From assembly GCA_002633005.1 (NCBI GenBank), contig NMRA01000095.1, positions 963,054-1,027,053 of the forward strand: a DNA stretch of 64,000 nucleotides. The letters run 5' to 3'. The notes below the pieces were generated by a model. The model was not told the origin of the DNA. It saw nothing but the letters and a program-made list of their open reading frames with translations, and ran no database searches. Positions 36,401 through 46,250 of the stretch are shown piece by piece; the first letter of the stretch is position 1; every line of letters begins with the position of its first letter. Position numbers and translations under genes: made by a program. This DNA comes from Phoronis australis. Taxonomy: Eukaryota; Animalia; Phoronida.

Positions 36401-37385
36401 GGGGCAGGTACAAGTGATACATCTGCTGTTGTTGAAACCACATCTCGCGGCATTGGAGAAGTTGATACGACCACTGGAACAGGTACAAGTGATACATCTA
36501 CTGTTGTTGAAAACACATCTCCCGACATTGGAGGAATTGATACGACCACTGGGACAGGTACAAGTGATACATCCACTGTTGTTGAAATCACATCTCCTGG
36601 CATTGGAGGAGTTGATACGACCACTGGGGCAGGTACAAGTGATACATCTGCTGTTGTTGAAACCACATCTCGCGGCATTGGAGAAGTTGATACGACCACT
36701 GGAACAGGTACAAGTGATACATCTACTGTTGTTGAAAACACATCTCCCGACATTGGAGGAATTGATACGACCACTGGGACAGGTACAAGTGATACATCCA
36801 CTGTTGTTGAAATCACATCTCCTGGCATTGGAGGAGTTGATACGACCACTGGGGCAGGTACAAGTGATACATCTGCTGTTGTTGAAACCACATCTCGCGG
36901 CATTGGAGAAGTTGATACGACCACTGGAACAGGTACAAGTGATACATCTACTGTTGTTGAAAACACATCTCCCGACATTGGAGGAATTGATACGACCACT
37001 GGGACAGGTACAAGTGATACATCCACTGTTGTTGAAATCACATCTCCTGGCATTGGAGGAGTTGATACGACCACTGGGGCAGGTACAAGTGATACATCTG
37101 CTGTTGTTGAAACCACATCTCGCGGCATTGGAGAAGTTGATACGACCACTGGAACAGGTACAAGTGATACATCTACTGTTGTTGAAAACACATCTCCCGA
37201 CATTGGAGGAATTGATACGACCACTGGGACAGGTACAAGTGATACATCCACTGTTGTTGAAATCACATCTCCTGGCATTGGAGGAGTTGATACGACCACT
37301 GGGGCAGGTACAAGTGATACATCTGCTGTTGTTGAAACCACATCTCGCGGCATTGGAGAAGTTGATACGACCACTGGAACAGGTA
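5396..37385 (+). CDS. VWDE: Gene 1: VWDE-like protein (D8C, VWD, EGF, Cys repeats, mucin stalk); 20 coding exons, 5' exon not found, interrupted by an assembly gap
   Basis: GT-AG exons in consistent phase: 5396-5605, 6124-6330, 7017-7079, 10670-10992, 12370-12456, 13863-14291, 17191-17279, 18455-18518, 19579-19824, 22206-22459, 23601-23880, 26796-26951, 29251-29494, 29821-30011, 30322-30585, 31263-31376, 31997-32110, 33234-33347, 34073-34190, 35223-37385. Motifs: GWYRF..CGT..P.W, DPHMITFDG, CNCGVAVRS, GLCGSFN, CPNDCSSHGKC..C.CDDGYIGGDC. The symbol indicates family, not orthology. Confidence 0.88.
6124..6330 (+). CDS. Gene 1 exon: D8C domain, second half
   Basis: tgcag|GT...GCCG|gtacg; VTRVFC...CCDDLLQIEVQNC...YVLYNLPRVSGCPVAFCAG. 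Confidence 0.92.
7017..7079 (+). CDS. Gene 1 exon (63 bp), GSANLCPPNTYSPTGFQPGCT
   Basis: tttcag| and |gtaag; same length and phase as paralog exon 63732-63794. Confidence 0.9.
8063..8366 (+). pseudogene. KolX accessory protein, N-terminal part (Cys-rich, P2X7-ballast-like), truncated by the deletion
   Basis: MAGVSD...YMFEPEY...WCKCTVCVVMPTSMECLCCSE matches the YxFEP / WCxCxxC...MPT..EC.CC.E pattern. Confidence 0.8.
8367..9152 (-). pseudogene. Kolobok transposase N-terminus (THAP domain plus Zn ribbon), no DDE domain
   Basis: MPHCCCVPGCTNY [frameshift, stop] HRFP...RRTWL...VCGKHF...LKKDAIPS is a THAP domain. It is followed by KFIV..S.VLELFRRCQVC...C..GH...W.S. Confidence 0.85.
10670..10992 (+). 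CDS. Gene 1 exon, Ig-like/beta-rich segment (FHCNI...FNVRWFIND)
   Basis: tgtag|GT GAC...TTT AAT|gtacg; phase 1 to 0. Confidence 0.85.
11070..11580. repeat. Degenerate GGT/GTG-rich low-complexity tract (intronic)
   Basis: Strongly G/T-biased, with ggtggt/gtagt-type units. Confidence 0.6.
12370..12456 (+). CDS. Gene 1 exon VHCEVLAHY...SGDFWAGIK
   Basis: ctctag| and |gtaag; the F(W/Y)AGIK ending is typical of VWDE-like proteins. Confidence 0.88.
13863..14291 (+). CDS. Gene 1 exon (143 aa, VKNDTITIKEGE...WSNYVVKDVE)
   Basis: ttaag|GTA ... GAG|gtaag; open frame, phase 0-0. Confidence 0.88.
17191..17279 (+). CDS. Gene 1 exon, start of VWD domain (CSSVNDPHMITFDG)
   Basis: tgtag| and |gtgag; DPH..TFDG VWD motif. 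Confidence 0.92.
18321..18430. repeat. Compound (TA)n/(TG)n/(TATG)n microsatellite
   Basis: Directly visible; ends about 25 bp upstream of the acceptor at 18455. Confidence 0.95.
18455..18518 (+). CDS. Gene 1 exon, VWD (RYESHLHGEFVLYRNKKYPFE)
   Basis: ttgcag| and |gtgag; bridges phase 2 to 0; GEFVLYR motif. Confidence 0.9.
19579..19824 (+). CDS. Gene 1 exon, VWD (VHGLFQKC...CNCGVAVRSATDVF)
   Basis: aacag| and |gtgag. Confidence 0.92.
22206..22459 (+). CDS. Gene 1 exon, end of VWD (LPTGT...TEGLCGSFN...SFTALWR)
   Basis: tgcag| and AG|gtata; GLCG.FN motif. Confidence 0.92.
22420..22794 (+). repeat. Degenerate tandem repeat of about 100 bp spanning the exon 3' end and donor, interrupted by a small dispersed repeat
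   Basis: (aa)gaaaaacatgtca at 22420, 22521 and 22628. The insert 22660-22773 is similar to the reverse complement of 50156-50270. Confidence 0.7.
23601..23880 (+). CDS. Gene 1 exon with YCTC and RRKR furin-like site
   Basis: ttccag| and |gtacg; RRKR at 23797-23808. Confidence 0.9.
24111..26076. mobile_element. Non-autonomous TIR element (ISL2EU/Harbinger-like ends) with nested repeats
   Basis: aatAGCGGAGTTGCAAC (24108-24124) and GTTGCAACTCCGCTatt (26063-26079), AT flanking both ends. The internal part 24650-25050 matches the reverse complement of 59360-59730. Confidence 0.65.
25526..25765 (+). pseudogene. HIRAN-like domain relic inside the transposon
   Basis: IHGFHMHKEV* ... GEDL ... FDKYAVSVFK...VVGHIPRKSS...FFLNRG, with stop and frameshifts. 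Confidence 0.6.
26796..26951 (+). CDS. Gene 1 exon (VMSFPTASNITYESAKTFC...CVEDIK)
   Basis: ttaag| and |gtaaa; resembles the VWDE-like P T...IT...A...C...C..DI segment. Confidence 0.9.
27445..27694 (-). mobile_element. Short non-autonomous TIR element; second copy at 57117-57370
   Basis: Termini CATGCGCGCACCCA...TGGGTACGCTCATG. Internal ggacctttttgcacacttcgc and ggctcgtttgagc are reverse complements of motifs in the 57.1-kb copy. Confidence 0.6.
29251..29494 (+). CDS. Gene 1 exon, N-glycosylation-rich linker and start of EGF
   Basis: ttcag| and |gtgag; CPNDCSSHGKC. Confidence 0.92.
29821..30011 (+). CDS. Gene 1 exon, end of EGF (CLCDDGYIGGDCS) and GLCDVKSRPC
   Basis: aatag| and |gtatg. Confidence 0.92.
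30322..30585 (+). CDS. Gene 1 exon with RVRR furin-like site and VSNDG...YDSVCISC
   Basis: tcaag| and |gtact; RVRR at 30421-30432. Confidence 0.9.
31263..31376 (+). CDS. Gene 1 Cys-repeat exon 1 (114 bp)
   Basis: NNSCLIGGFCYAPEEANPANACEQCSVTTDEYGWTPKY; ttcag| and |gtgag. Confidence 0.9.
31997..32110 (+). CDS. Gene 1 Cys-repeat exon 2 (114 bp)
   Basis: NKSCLINGVCYENNQTNPNNDCQLCSSSKDTSSWSQKF; tgcag| and |gtaag. Confidence 0.9.
32427..32578 (+). repeat. Local tandem duplication, 84-bp period
   Basis: tacttacaagacttttct.tgtcgcaatactgcatttgtacatgtaattccaatgcc at 32427 and 32511. Confidence 0.85.
33234..33347 (+). CDS. Gene 1 Cys-repeat exon 3 (114 bp)
   Basis: DASCLIGGTCYVEGHTNSANDCEVCYSATLSNAWTQKY; cgtag| and |gtacg. 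Confidence 0.88.
34073..34190 (+). CDS. Gene 1 Cys-repeat exon 4 (118 bp)
   Basis: ASSCLIEGKCFANGSRNSLNDCEFCSPATKSSHWTLDEG; accag| and |gtgag. Confidence 0.88.
34568..34841. mobile_element. MITE-like element with 15-bp TIR
   Basis: CACTGAGAGGGTTCA ... TGAACCCTCTCAGTG; no clear TSD. Confidence 0.6.
35223..37385 (+). CDS. Gene 1 mucin-like stalk exon (Thr/Ser/Gly/Val-rich), ends at N gap
   Basis: ttttag| in phase 1, matching the previous exon. Reads SGCAVTTKTLVQSTSQ... then (GIGGVDTTTGTGTSDTSTVVEITSP)-type repeats. This frame is missing from the ORF track because it has no start codon. Confidence 0.85.
35322..37385 (+). repeat. Coding minisatellite: 75-bp monomers in a 225-bp trimeric higher-order repeat, about 27 monomers
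   Basis: Lines at 35521, 36421 and 37321 are identical (900 = 4 x 225). Monomer variants end ...EITSP, ...ETTSR, ...ENTSP. Confidence 0.95.
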
Positions 37386-38301
37386 NGCTTTGTGGCCAAG
37401 GAGTATACCTTCTGCGTTCAGTCGTTTGGGTTCTTGGTAATTAACCTTCCATTGGAGTCAGAATTCTTGCAATATGACGTGTGTTCAGGCACAGTGCTGG
37501 CGCATGAATGACGTCATTGTTGTCTTGGGAAAATTTCAGGCTTCAGTAACGGCATGAGCGCCCATTGTCAACTGAAAGTGACAATAATACCTCACAAGTA
37601 CATGCAAATATAACGCAAGAAATTACAAGAACATTCAGATGTGTACACAAGACGAGAATTTTTTAACTGTCAAAATGACAATGACACAAAACGAATACGG
37701 GAAACCTAGAGAATATCTATGCGTGTCTGTCTGGCTGTCTGTATACTTACATCACGAAAACCTCGTTTCATCAGTTAAGGACCAACACAACCTGCACAGT
37801 GTACAGATCATGGATAACGAAAATATATAGGCCAATGACACGCGACCAACGAACGAATCGGGGGTACAAGATAGGGGATAATTAAAATGCACACATCTAT
37901 CCAAACAATAATAGGCCCTGTACACATCCAACGTTGATGACTGCGTCTGTAGTGACAATGTGTGTAACACGCTGTTTGTGAAATAAATCACTAATTACAT
38001 GTACATTCACCGTGTAGCTTGACAAGCAACATGGCTTTTTCTGAGGATTAGACGTTCCTGCTCGCCTTTCATATTTATAGTCATGCATTAGAAGACAATT
38101 GTTCCAGGTGATCAGCGCAATGGCCCCATCTGAGCCGACCGCATACGTCTTGTACAACGTGTACCAGAAGCCGGCAATAATATTTTTTATTTGAAGACAA
38201 TTGTATGCACGTTGTTTTGGAAGGAACTAACCGATTTAGTACATCTTAGAGTAAACAATCGTGACATCTACACTTCGAGCTCTCTTTTAAATCTCTTTCA
38301 G

Positions 38302-38488
38302 AGGAGTCGTTACGCCATGCGGCGGCCCCCAGGACGTACATGAAGACCAAAATCCAGTTTACTCGAAATATCGCAGTGTGCGTCCTCTTTCTGCACAATC
38401 CAAGTCTTCCAGCGTTGGACCAGAGCCATGGACATCCAATAGCAGACCAGTGTCCGCCTCTGGACTTTTTGCGGGTATTGAAGTCTAA
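38302..38488 (+). CDS. Probable terminal exon of gene 1 (cytoplasmic-tail-like, NPVY motif)
   Basis: Polypyrimidine acceptor atctctttcag|A, then GVVTPCGGPQDVHEDQNPVYSKYRSVRPLSAQSKSSSVGPEPWTSNSRPVSASGLFAGIEV*. The link to gene 1 crosses the gap and is inferred. Confidence 0.55.
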
Positions 38489-38974
38489 CCTTCGCCCTTT
38501 TGTCTCGTGTTTAGGTACCTTTACAAAAATAGCTTATTTTTTTTTAATCGAGCATCTGGAAGTTTACGTCTTTCACATTTACTTATTTTCATAGGTGTCA
38601 TTTAAGGTGTGTGTAGTTGCGTCGCGTTTCCAAGCCAGCCATAGCATACACAAGAGGACGCAACTACAGTAGTAGCATCCTGCTTCTAGGTCGGGCAATC
38701 TGCAGATCTTAAGACACGTCTTATTCAATCAAGGACAATGTACGTTTGGGAGCCAGATGAGGGAAAGTGCTACAGTTTTCGATTTGGCTCAAACCTCAGA
38801 GTGGCAACCATTAGGGGTTACCAGGACACAACTATCAACTTTGAGTGCCACAAAACGGCTGGTGCTACACAACAATGTGGCCGTTTTCGTGTCCCTGGAG
38901 TTTTACGTTAATTGTTGTTGTCTTATTCTCCACAAGTTTTTCTTCGATTGCATTACTCTCTTCGTCCTTCCCAT

Positions 38975-39085
38975 CCCAGTTAATTGTTACTGCTATGCTG
39001 TGGGCTGCAACTGCAGCGTGAAAAAGTTTGACAAATACCCGTGGATGCGTGATCTCAAATCATCCTTGGACTTCCCAACTTCTAT
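38975..39085 (+). pseudogene. THAP-domain N-terminal relic (DNA transposon)
   Basis: CYCYAVGCNCSVKKFDKYPWMRD...FP resembles the C.A.GC.N...F..FP THAP start. Confidence 0.4.
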
Positions 39086-39624
39086 GATTGACACGAAATT
39101 GTGCCTGATTTCCAAAACTAGGTCACGCGCTTTCTTATCTCCGGGAAAAAGAAGAACTCTATAGGCATGTAATCCAGGACAGTCCTAACACGTCATATCT
39201 TCCGCTAGACGTGATTTCCATAAAAATACTATAATGCAAAAATAAATTCTATGAAAACTTCCATAACTTTGGAATGGAATGAGGTAGAGACACTATTCCC
39301 CAACATTAGAAGCATTATCCGCACTGACAACTGACAAGAAATGGAATTTTAAATTAGTTCAGAAATTGATTGAAGCTTTCGTATTGGTCTGTTGTTATCA
39401 AGTGTCTCGATTTTGGTCAGCTCTTGGCTATTATAGGGTGATGATTGTCCTTAGGGGTGTTTTCTTTTTTATTGTAACCTCGCTTTCAGTTCATCTTTTT
39501 TTCCGGCCACATTGTTGTACGTTCAAAAACTTATTCAATTTTCCCACCCTCTACCTCCCAATTTTCGTCAATCATTCTCTCGTACATGTACTTCCACGTG
39601 GCCGACTCTTTTCATTGCCCAATC

Positions 39625-40612
39625 TTCTTTTTAATGTTTATTACGAAATCTTCAGACTACAATGAATATGCATAACCCAGAAAGCGCCAAGAGGCATTAG
39701 ATCTGGGTAAAAAATACAGAGAAGTCAATATGCAATTATTATATACGAATACATAAATAAAAAATGATGTTAAGAAAACAGTGATATATGACTACGAATG
39801 TAAATAATTCATTTTCATACAGATGTATACAATTCTATCCACTCACACATAGAGATTAAATGTTATAAGATCTCCTGAAGGCGTGGCTGATAGAAGCTTG
39901 AATATTATGCATATTAAGTTGCCGCAGTCCTGGTCTCGTGCTTGGTCTTTTGTAGAAGTAAAAGAGGATTTTGTTATAGTAATTGTTTATGTTGGTTAAG
40001 ACTTTGAATGTATACATGGGCAGGTGGAGTTTGCAACGGGTTGCTAGTTTGCTCCAGTGGAGACTATTTAGAACCTTGATTGTGTTGGACCCTTTGTATG
40101 CCCCTGTAATGGCTAAAGCTGCTTGGTATTGTAGTCTTTGTAATTGAAGTATGTCAGCCTTGGCCGATTGGTAGATTATGTCACAGTAATCTAGATGTGG
40201 AAGTACAAAAGACTTGAACAGAGTTTCAAGATGTATGGAGTTCAGATGACGAGAGATAATTCTAATTGGATTAATTAATTTTTGTACTTTTTGAACGAGT
40301 TCTCGACAATGAGGAGTAAATGTAAGCTTATGGTCGAGTAGCAAGCCAAGATGTCTGTGCGTGAACTTATTGGGGATAACTTCCCCATTGAGTGATAATT
40401 CCAGTGTTGGATTTGTTTGGAAATGAATATTATTAGACTTAGAAAATATAAGATCAACACTTTTTTCAGGTTTAAATTTCACCTTTCATTTGTGAGATCA
40501 GTCATAGAGTTTGTTAAGGTCAGTTTGCAAATGTAAGGAGTCATGGGGATGCTCTTTTGAGAATGGGTGGCAAATTGCATTGTCATCAGCATATAAGTAT
40601 GTTTTAGAGTTT
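39625..40612 (-). mobile_element. 5'-truncated CR1/L2-group LINE (RT C-terminal half and 3' UTR)
   Basis: Minus strand LYADDNAIC, then HRHLGLLLDHKLTF...LFKSFVLPHLDYCDIIY...LQYQAALAITGA...LHWSKLATR; AATAAA near the 3' end. Confidence 0.9.
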
Positions 40613-41539
40613 ATTGCCCATCTTACCAGAGATTACCAATTATACGTAATTTGCCTGTATTCATTATATTGTAATTGTACTAGTCATAATAAATGACGTT
40701 ATATCGTCTATATCCGTCCCCTTTTAATCTCTAGTAACGAGCTTGCGACGCACGTACGTATCATTTATCTATTATTCGGGACCTATGTCGATTATAAAAG
40801 TGCTTAGCAATGTTTAATCACTTGGTTATATATGGCACAGAATAAACGTATTCCACTTCACGATCGTTTTTTGATGGGCGTGGAGTATTTTATTTTATCG
40901 TGGTTTTTTCTGGCCGACAATTATTTACGCAAATGACTGACTCTGTTTCTGTGCAAATACAAATTTTTAAACACTTCATTTATGGTATTAAAATACCACA
41001 TACCGCTTTAATAAATTATTTTATTCGAATTTCAAGTCTGCTGCGAAAGCTCGAAGCGTCGCCACTTTTTGGAATATCAGGACGTCGTTCTGTTGCTTGT
41101 AGAAAGTTCGAGCCCATGACTTTTTAATCGGGCTGTCGAGCCGACCCCGTCTGCGTTACATTTTTTTGACTAACAGTTTTCAAGCTTGATGTCGCTCAAA
41201 ACACAATAAGGTAGGAAATGCTCCCACTTTAGTTGATGCGAAATTTCACAAACATTCGTTGAAGTTGCAGAAGGTACAAACATTTTAACATTGCATTGGA
41301 ACGTAGAATGTAGATCCTTATACATGAACATTGATAAGCTATACATTACAGCAATCACAGGACACAATAGAAATTTTATGACAACTTTATTCACCACCCA
41401 TAGCAAGGTGAAGTGTCTTTTTACATGTTCTTATCCGTTCGAAAAAAACGAAGCAACAGTTACGGCATAGTCACGTATGTTCAATCTCCGTCTCCTAGTT
41501 TTCATGTCTTTTCCAGTTTTGAAGGTTGTCCTCGAATAG

Positions 41540-41939
41540 GGCCCGGTCTCTAATCTTTGTACTCGAAACGAACTCGAAACAATTTTTGGCAATTTCTCTC
41601 CTCCTTTTGTGTGAACTTAAGATAATTGGTTATCAGACTGTGTTCGTAACATTATATTTTATGCATAGGAGTTTCTAGTTCAAGTTTGCCCTTGAAGACC
41701 CTTCTATTCGTGCTACAAACTCGAGTAAAAACTCGAAATTTCGAGTTCAAACTCGAACTTATTGCTTTAATATTGGGTTCACACACTGTGAACTAAGGGC
41801 AATAAATTATCTACGTAAGTTATTGTGTACTCGAGCACAGAATAATAGACACATATCTTGAGTTCGCCCAAAAGTAGAGTAGAAAATGCCAAACCTAATT
41901 TCGATTTCCATTTCGAGTAAAAATATTGGAGACCTGGCC
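41540..41939. mobile_element. Harbinger-like MITE, 400 bp
   Basis: tag|GGCCCGGTCTCTAAT ... ATTGGAGACCTGGCC|tag, a 3-bp TAG duplication; internal aactcga repeats. Confidence 0.6.
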
Positions 41940-44900
41940 TAGATCTAGTAAGAAGGCCAGATCAGGACACATGGTGGAAATCACCTTGATGAGATCCTGA
42001 ACACATTTTTTAATGAAAACCAACTTTACGGTTGAAATTTTTTTCTTTGTGACCTGTGGATAGGACGAAAATGGTGATAACATGAGTTTCAAGCTACTGT
42101 TTCGCTCGCTCATGCGCCCAATCTCCTTTCATGTGGTGTTTCCCAGGTTTGAAAGCTGTGCACAAGTCACAAGTCACCGATTGGGCAAATCGCAGGTTCG
42201 TACAGGGCTTCTTGATCGAGAGCTTCGAAGTCGTCCATAAGTTCAACAAGAATCTCTCTGTATTCATCCATGTCGTGTGCTCTGAAAATGTCATTGCACT
42301 GAAGTGATAATTAATTACCGGTTGTGTGTGTTAGATATGACAAATTTTAATTCGTCTACCGATCAACAATTCTACTTAAACTGATCCAATTTATTTTCAA
42401 AATAATCCGACTATCCTATATTTCCCCATAACTTCCTCAAAACTTAAGCCATTTTTTACAAATAAAAAATGCCAAGTAACTTGTGTTGCAATAAAATAGA
42501 AAAGGGGTCAATTTCAGTGAAACTGTCTACAGGTTACTCGAGCCAAGCTGGTGATTCATTACCCAATATGGGGAAGAGCTCCGTTAAACAATCAGACAAA
42601 GAGGCGTTGGGGATTTTGACAAAATGTGGTCAGTGTTAAAACCAAAGTAAAATGGTCAAATCATAAATGCTGCATATATTCAAGTGTAGTTTCAGACACT
42701 TGCATAAAATTACGGGCTGCCGGATTAGTCCTGTGTCACACTGCCGCGGCAGACGTTAGATAGCCTCAGTCACCAGAATGGGGGGGGGGGTGGAATTTTT
42801 GGGAATGTCTATCTTTTACTATAAGATTCAGTGTGCACGTTCAGAGCTATGAGTTGCAGACTCTAAATTTTTATACTTCCTCTCTTCTAGTGGAATATTG
42901 TCTCACTTTCTACTTTTTTCGGAATTCATTCTTCTGTGACTGAGGCAGACCTTTCTCCAGTTCTCCAAAAAGAGGACTCGTTCGAGCACATAAGTATGAC
43001 ACGTCCAGTAGAACATGTTATCATTTTTTATTCATTAAGCCAAAATGATTCAAACTTTTAACATAATAAGTAACTTAAAATGCACAATACTTTACAACAT
43101 TTAGCATTACAAACACTATTCAACAGCAGCAGTTTCCATGATATGAAAGTGGACATACATGTAACTATTACCATGGTGACGGAATAGTGTTTCCTTACAC
43201 CAGAATTTTACAAGCATCATTTAAAAAAGTATGAAGTTGCAAGGAACAAGAATTAGAGGCTTGAAGCTTCACAGTTCTACATAGCTTATTTTTCAAATTA
43301 AGATTATTCATATTGTTGACTTGATAACCTGAATTAAGAAGCCATAAGTTACAAAACATGACTTGAAAGCAATTTACACTTAAAATTTAGAAAAATATGA
43401 ATCATTTTGTGACACCTAATCAAGCCTTGAACAGCAGTTGATAGTCAAACAAAAAATATTTCAAATTTATTTCAACTATTTTTTTAGCTTAGTGTAAGAT
43501 CACCTGGATGGGAAATTCACCGTAAAATAATTCGAATTATCTTTTATTTTTGCACATAAAACACGAAACTTGAACAAAGTTCCCTTTTTGTAGTAAAGTT
43601 TGTCAAAATGTATCAACGATAAATCTTCACAAATTACAAAGTAGCCGATTGAACATGCCTTTCAGTTCAGCAAAAGTCGCCATGTTGTGGGTGCCACCAG
43701 AAATGAGACGAAGTCCAACGGGAATTGTGAGCACATTTATTACTTAATGAGTAACAACTGCCAGGCTGAAATTTGCTGAACACTATTAAATGGGTGCAGA
43801 ATAGTAAGTAAAGATATGTCTAACTAAATTTCACCGTAATTTGTTGGCGAAAGAAATTTACACAAAGTTTTAAACTCGTAACTTATCCCGCTGTCCTCCA
43901 ATAGGGCCGACGCGATCCAAACAAAGTGACCCAATTTTCGCCACAAAACTTGCAATAACTTTACACTTCTTGCCCGGATTTTGATACTTATTCGATTTTT
44001 ACTGAGTAGAATGCACTACCTTTCCGATGATAGCAAAGTACTTTTTCAAAACGAGAAAAAAATAAAACCGAAAAAAATGGTTCGGCCCATATTTGGTTCC
44101 TAGGTTCGACCGGCCTACGTAAGGAACTAAGCACCAATGCTATTTTAACATACTAAGTACGCGTAACATTCCAAAAAAATCAACGACCACTAACTACAAA
44201 CTATAAATACACTACATATGCAAACGAATCACGAGATATTACTAATAAAACAAAATAATGAAAACTTTTCGAGCAAGCCATAATACATTCAGTTACAAGG
44301 AAAAAATTGCGGCGTTGACAAGTTCCTGAACTGAGCCGAAAATGTGGGTACGGAAATAACCGATGTCAGCCGGTAATTATATGCTCACAGAGAAGGGTCA
44401 AATACTGTTAAAAATCGCTTTTGGCAAGAATGTCGAAAAGAATATAAAGAAAGGATGTAGAAAATAAGATTTTATGTAGTAAGTATTTTCGGATACTGGA
44501 AATACATGGGCAGTTTGAGAGAAGGACTTTAATATGTGAACCAACGTGTGGTGATGATGGCTGTCCCCGAAAGGTGTGGAGAAGGAGTAGGCGATTGTTT
44601 CGTCTCTTTTGATGCCTGTAACTCGTTTGTAATTTATGTCGTGAGCAAATGCAGTAAAAAAGAAGGCTAGTTTTTCTATCTTTGTGAACATAGTGGGTTC
44701 CATAAACTTGAGAAGGTATCAACTATCCGTTGTACACATGGCGTGCCTCTAATTGTGATGTGGATAGTATTGGTACTTCTACCGAATGAGGATTATTCCA
44801 GTTATTACAGACTTCAAATCAAAAATGGTCTTGTCGAATGTTTTGAGCAACATCTTGTGGATAACGTCTTGTATTTCGTCCTTTGGCAACTTAATTTCAT

Positions 44901-45912
44901 TTCTGTCAATAGACCAAGCAAAAACTTACCACTTGTTAGAATGTGAAATTTGGTCCTGTTGCTGAATTTACCCTGCCACTCTTACCGTAGCAAATGTACT
45001 GCTTGTATGCCTCTCTCTGTCAGTTGTATTATTAATGTATTTTACAAAACAATCAGCCAATCAATCAATCAATCTGACAATCACGGTTTGTATTTCAAGA
45101 CGTGTTTGGTTGTTAATTGTGTTATTATCGTTTATAGTCAATTAATGTCAATCAAACATTTAATCAAAAAATCAATCAAACATTGCTTGTGTACTGACGC
45201 GTGTTCCAGAAGAGGGGGTACATAAATCAGTTGTGTCTCTAAAGCCCATGTCTTCTATCCTCACGCATTTCCCACTCACCCACTGTTTTATCATGTTCCA
45301 GCTTTTTAACTTACCAGACAGTATTTTTAAACCTGATTTATTTTTGAAAAAATGGAGGTGCTCTTTCTTAAATGATGATCGCTTTACCATCCCCGGACTC
45401 TGTACATAATTTTTGAAGACGGACTAGGTGTATCATTTTTAAGGACTAGACGTGCTCTTTCTTAACTGATTACCACTGAATCATTTCGGAGTGGACATAT
45501 TATTTTTGCAAGTGTTTTGATGAATTCGAACCTGCGGCATTGTTTTGGGCACATACATACCGACTGAGGGCATCGATTCCATTGTTCTTTGCAGTCTAAC
45601 GACGATTGGTAGGGCAACCAAACGTTTAGTTGTCTCACCTTATTTAAACATTTCAGACAAAACGTCACTTGCGGAATGTTGCAAAACCGTGTGTACATAT
45701 TTTAAAAATAATAAGGAAAACATCCTGCACTCTCGCCAAAATATACAAGGAACTCAATACAAATCCCAGTCTAGTCAAAAGACAGCTCATTGTCATTCGG
45801 CTCGGTGTCAACACTCTGTGTAATCTTACGCTTTCTCGGAGGTCTTAACTAAAATATTATATATTATCAGAATAAACATATGTATGTTGAGCAAATACCG
45901 TTAACAAGTAAG

Positions 45913-46250
45913 TTTGTGGGAATTGTGCACACTGGTTAACACGCATACAAGGAAACGCTCACCTTAAAATATCTTATGTTGTTCTGCTGAAGAAATTAGC
46001 CTTCTTCATCAGTTAAAAATATTCCCACGTAATCGCAAGGAAAAGCACGTAACCCCAATTATTAGCAACACACATTTTAACCTACAAAACACCAAAAGTG
46101 TACTTGGTACTGTAGCAAGCAGTGACGGAAAATGAAGTTAAGATAACTTGAAACTGGAAGGGGTCATAAATCCGTAGTCCGACATTGTTATCAAATTGTT
46201 TTTTTAATTAAAATTGATGTGGATAGGGATTCAAAAGAAAAGACCGCTTG
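45913..46250 (+). repeat. Non-coding block paralogous to 646-1020
   Basis: Same collinear matches as described for 646-1020. Confidence 0.75.

Noticed and set aside
35322-37385. CRISPR-like array
   Set aside because: There are no unique spacers; it is a contiguous coding tandem repeat in a eukaryotic gene.
35137-37511. Three long ORFs in the track (745 aa minus, 726 aa minus Cys-rich, 715 aa plus Leu-rich)
   Set aside because: They are shadow frames of the 75-bp repeat. The frame that fits the splice phase of gene 1 is the Thr/Ser-rich + frame, which the track omits.
37490-37600. Possible extra tail exon (RHERPLSTES...)
   Set aside because: A TAA lies immediately upstream in that frame and no consistent acceptor/donor pair was found.
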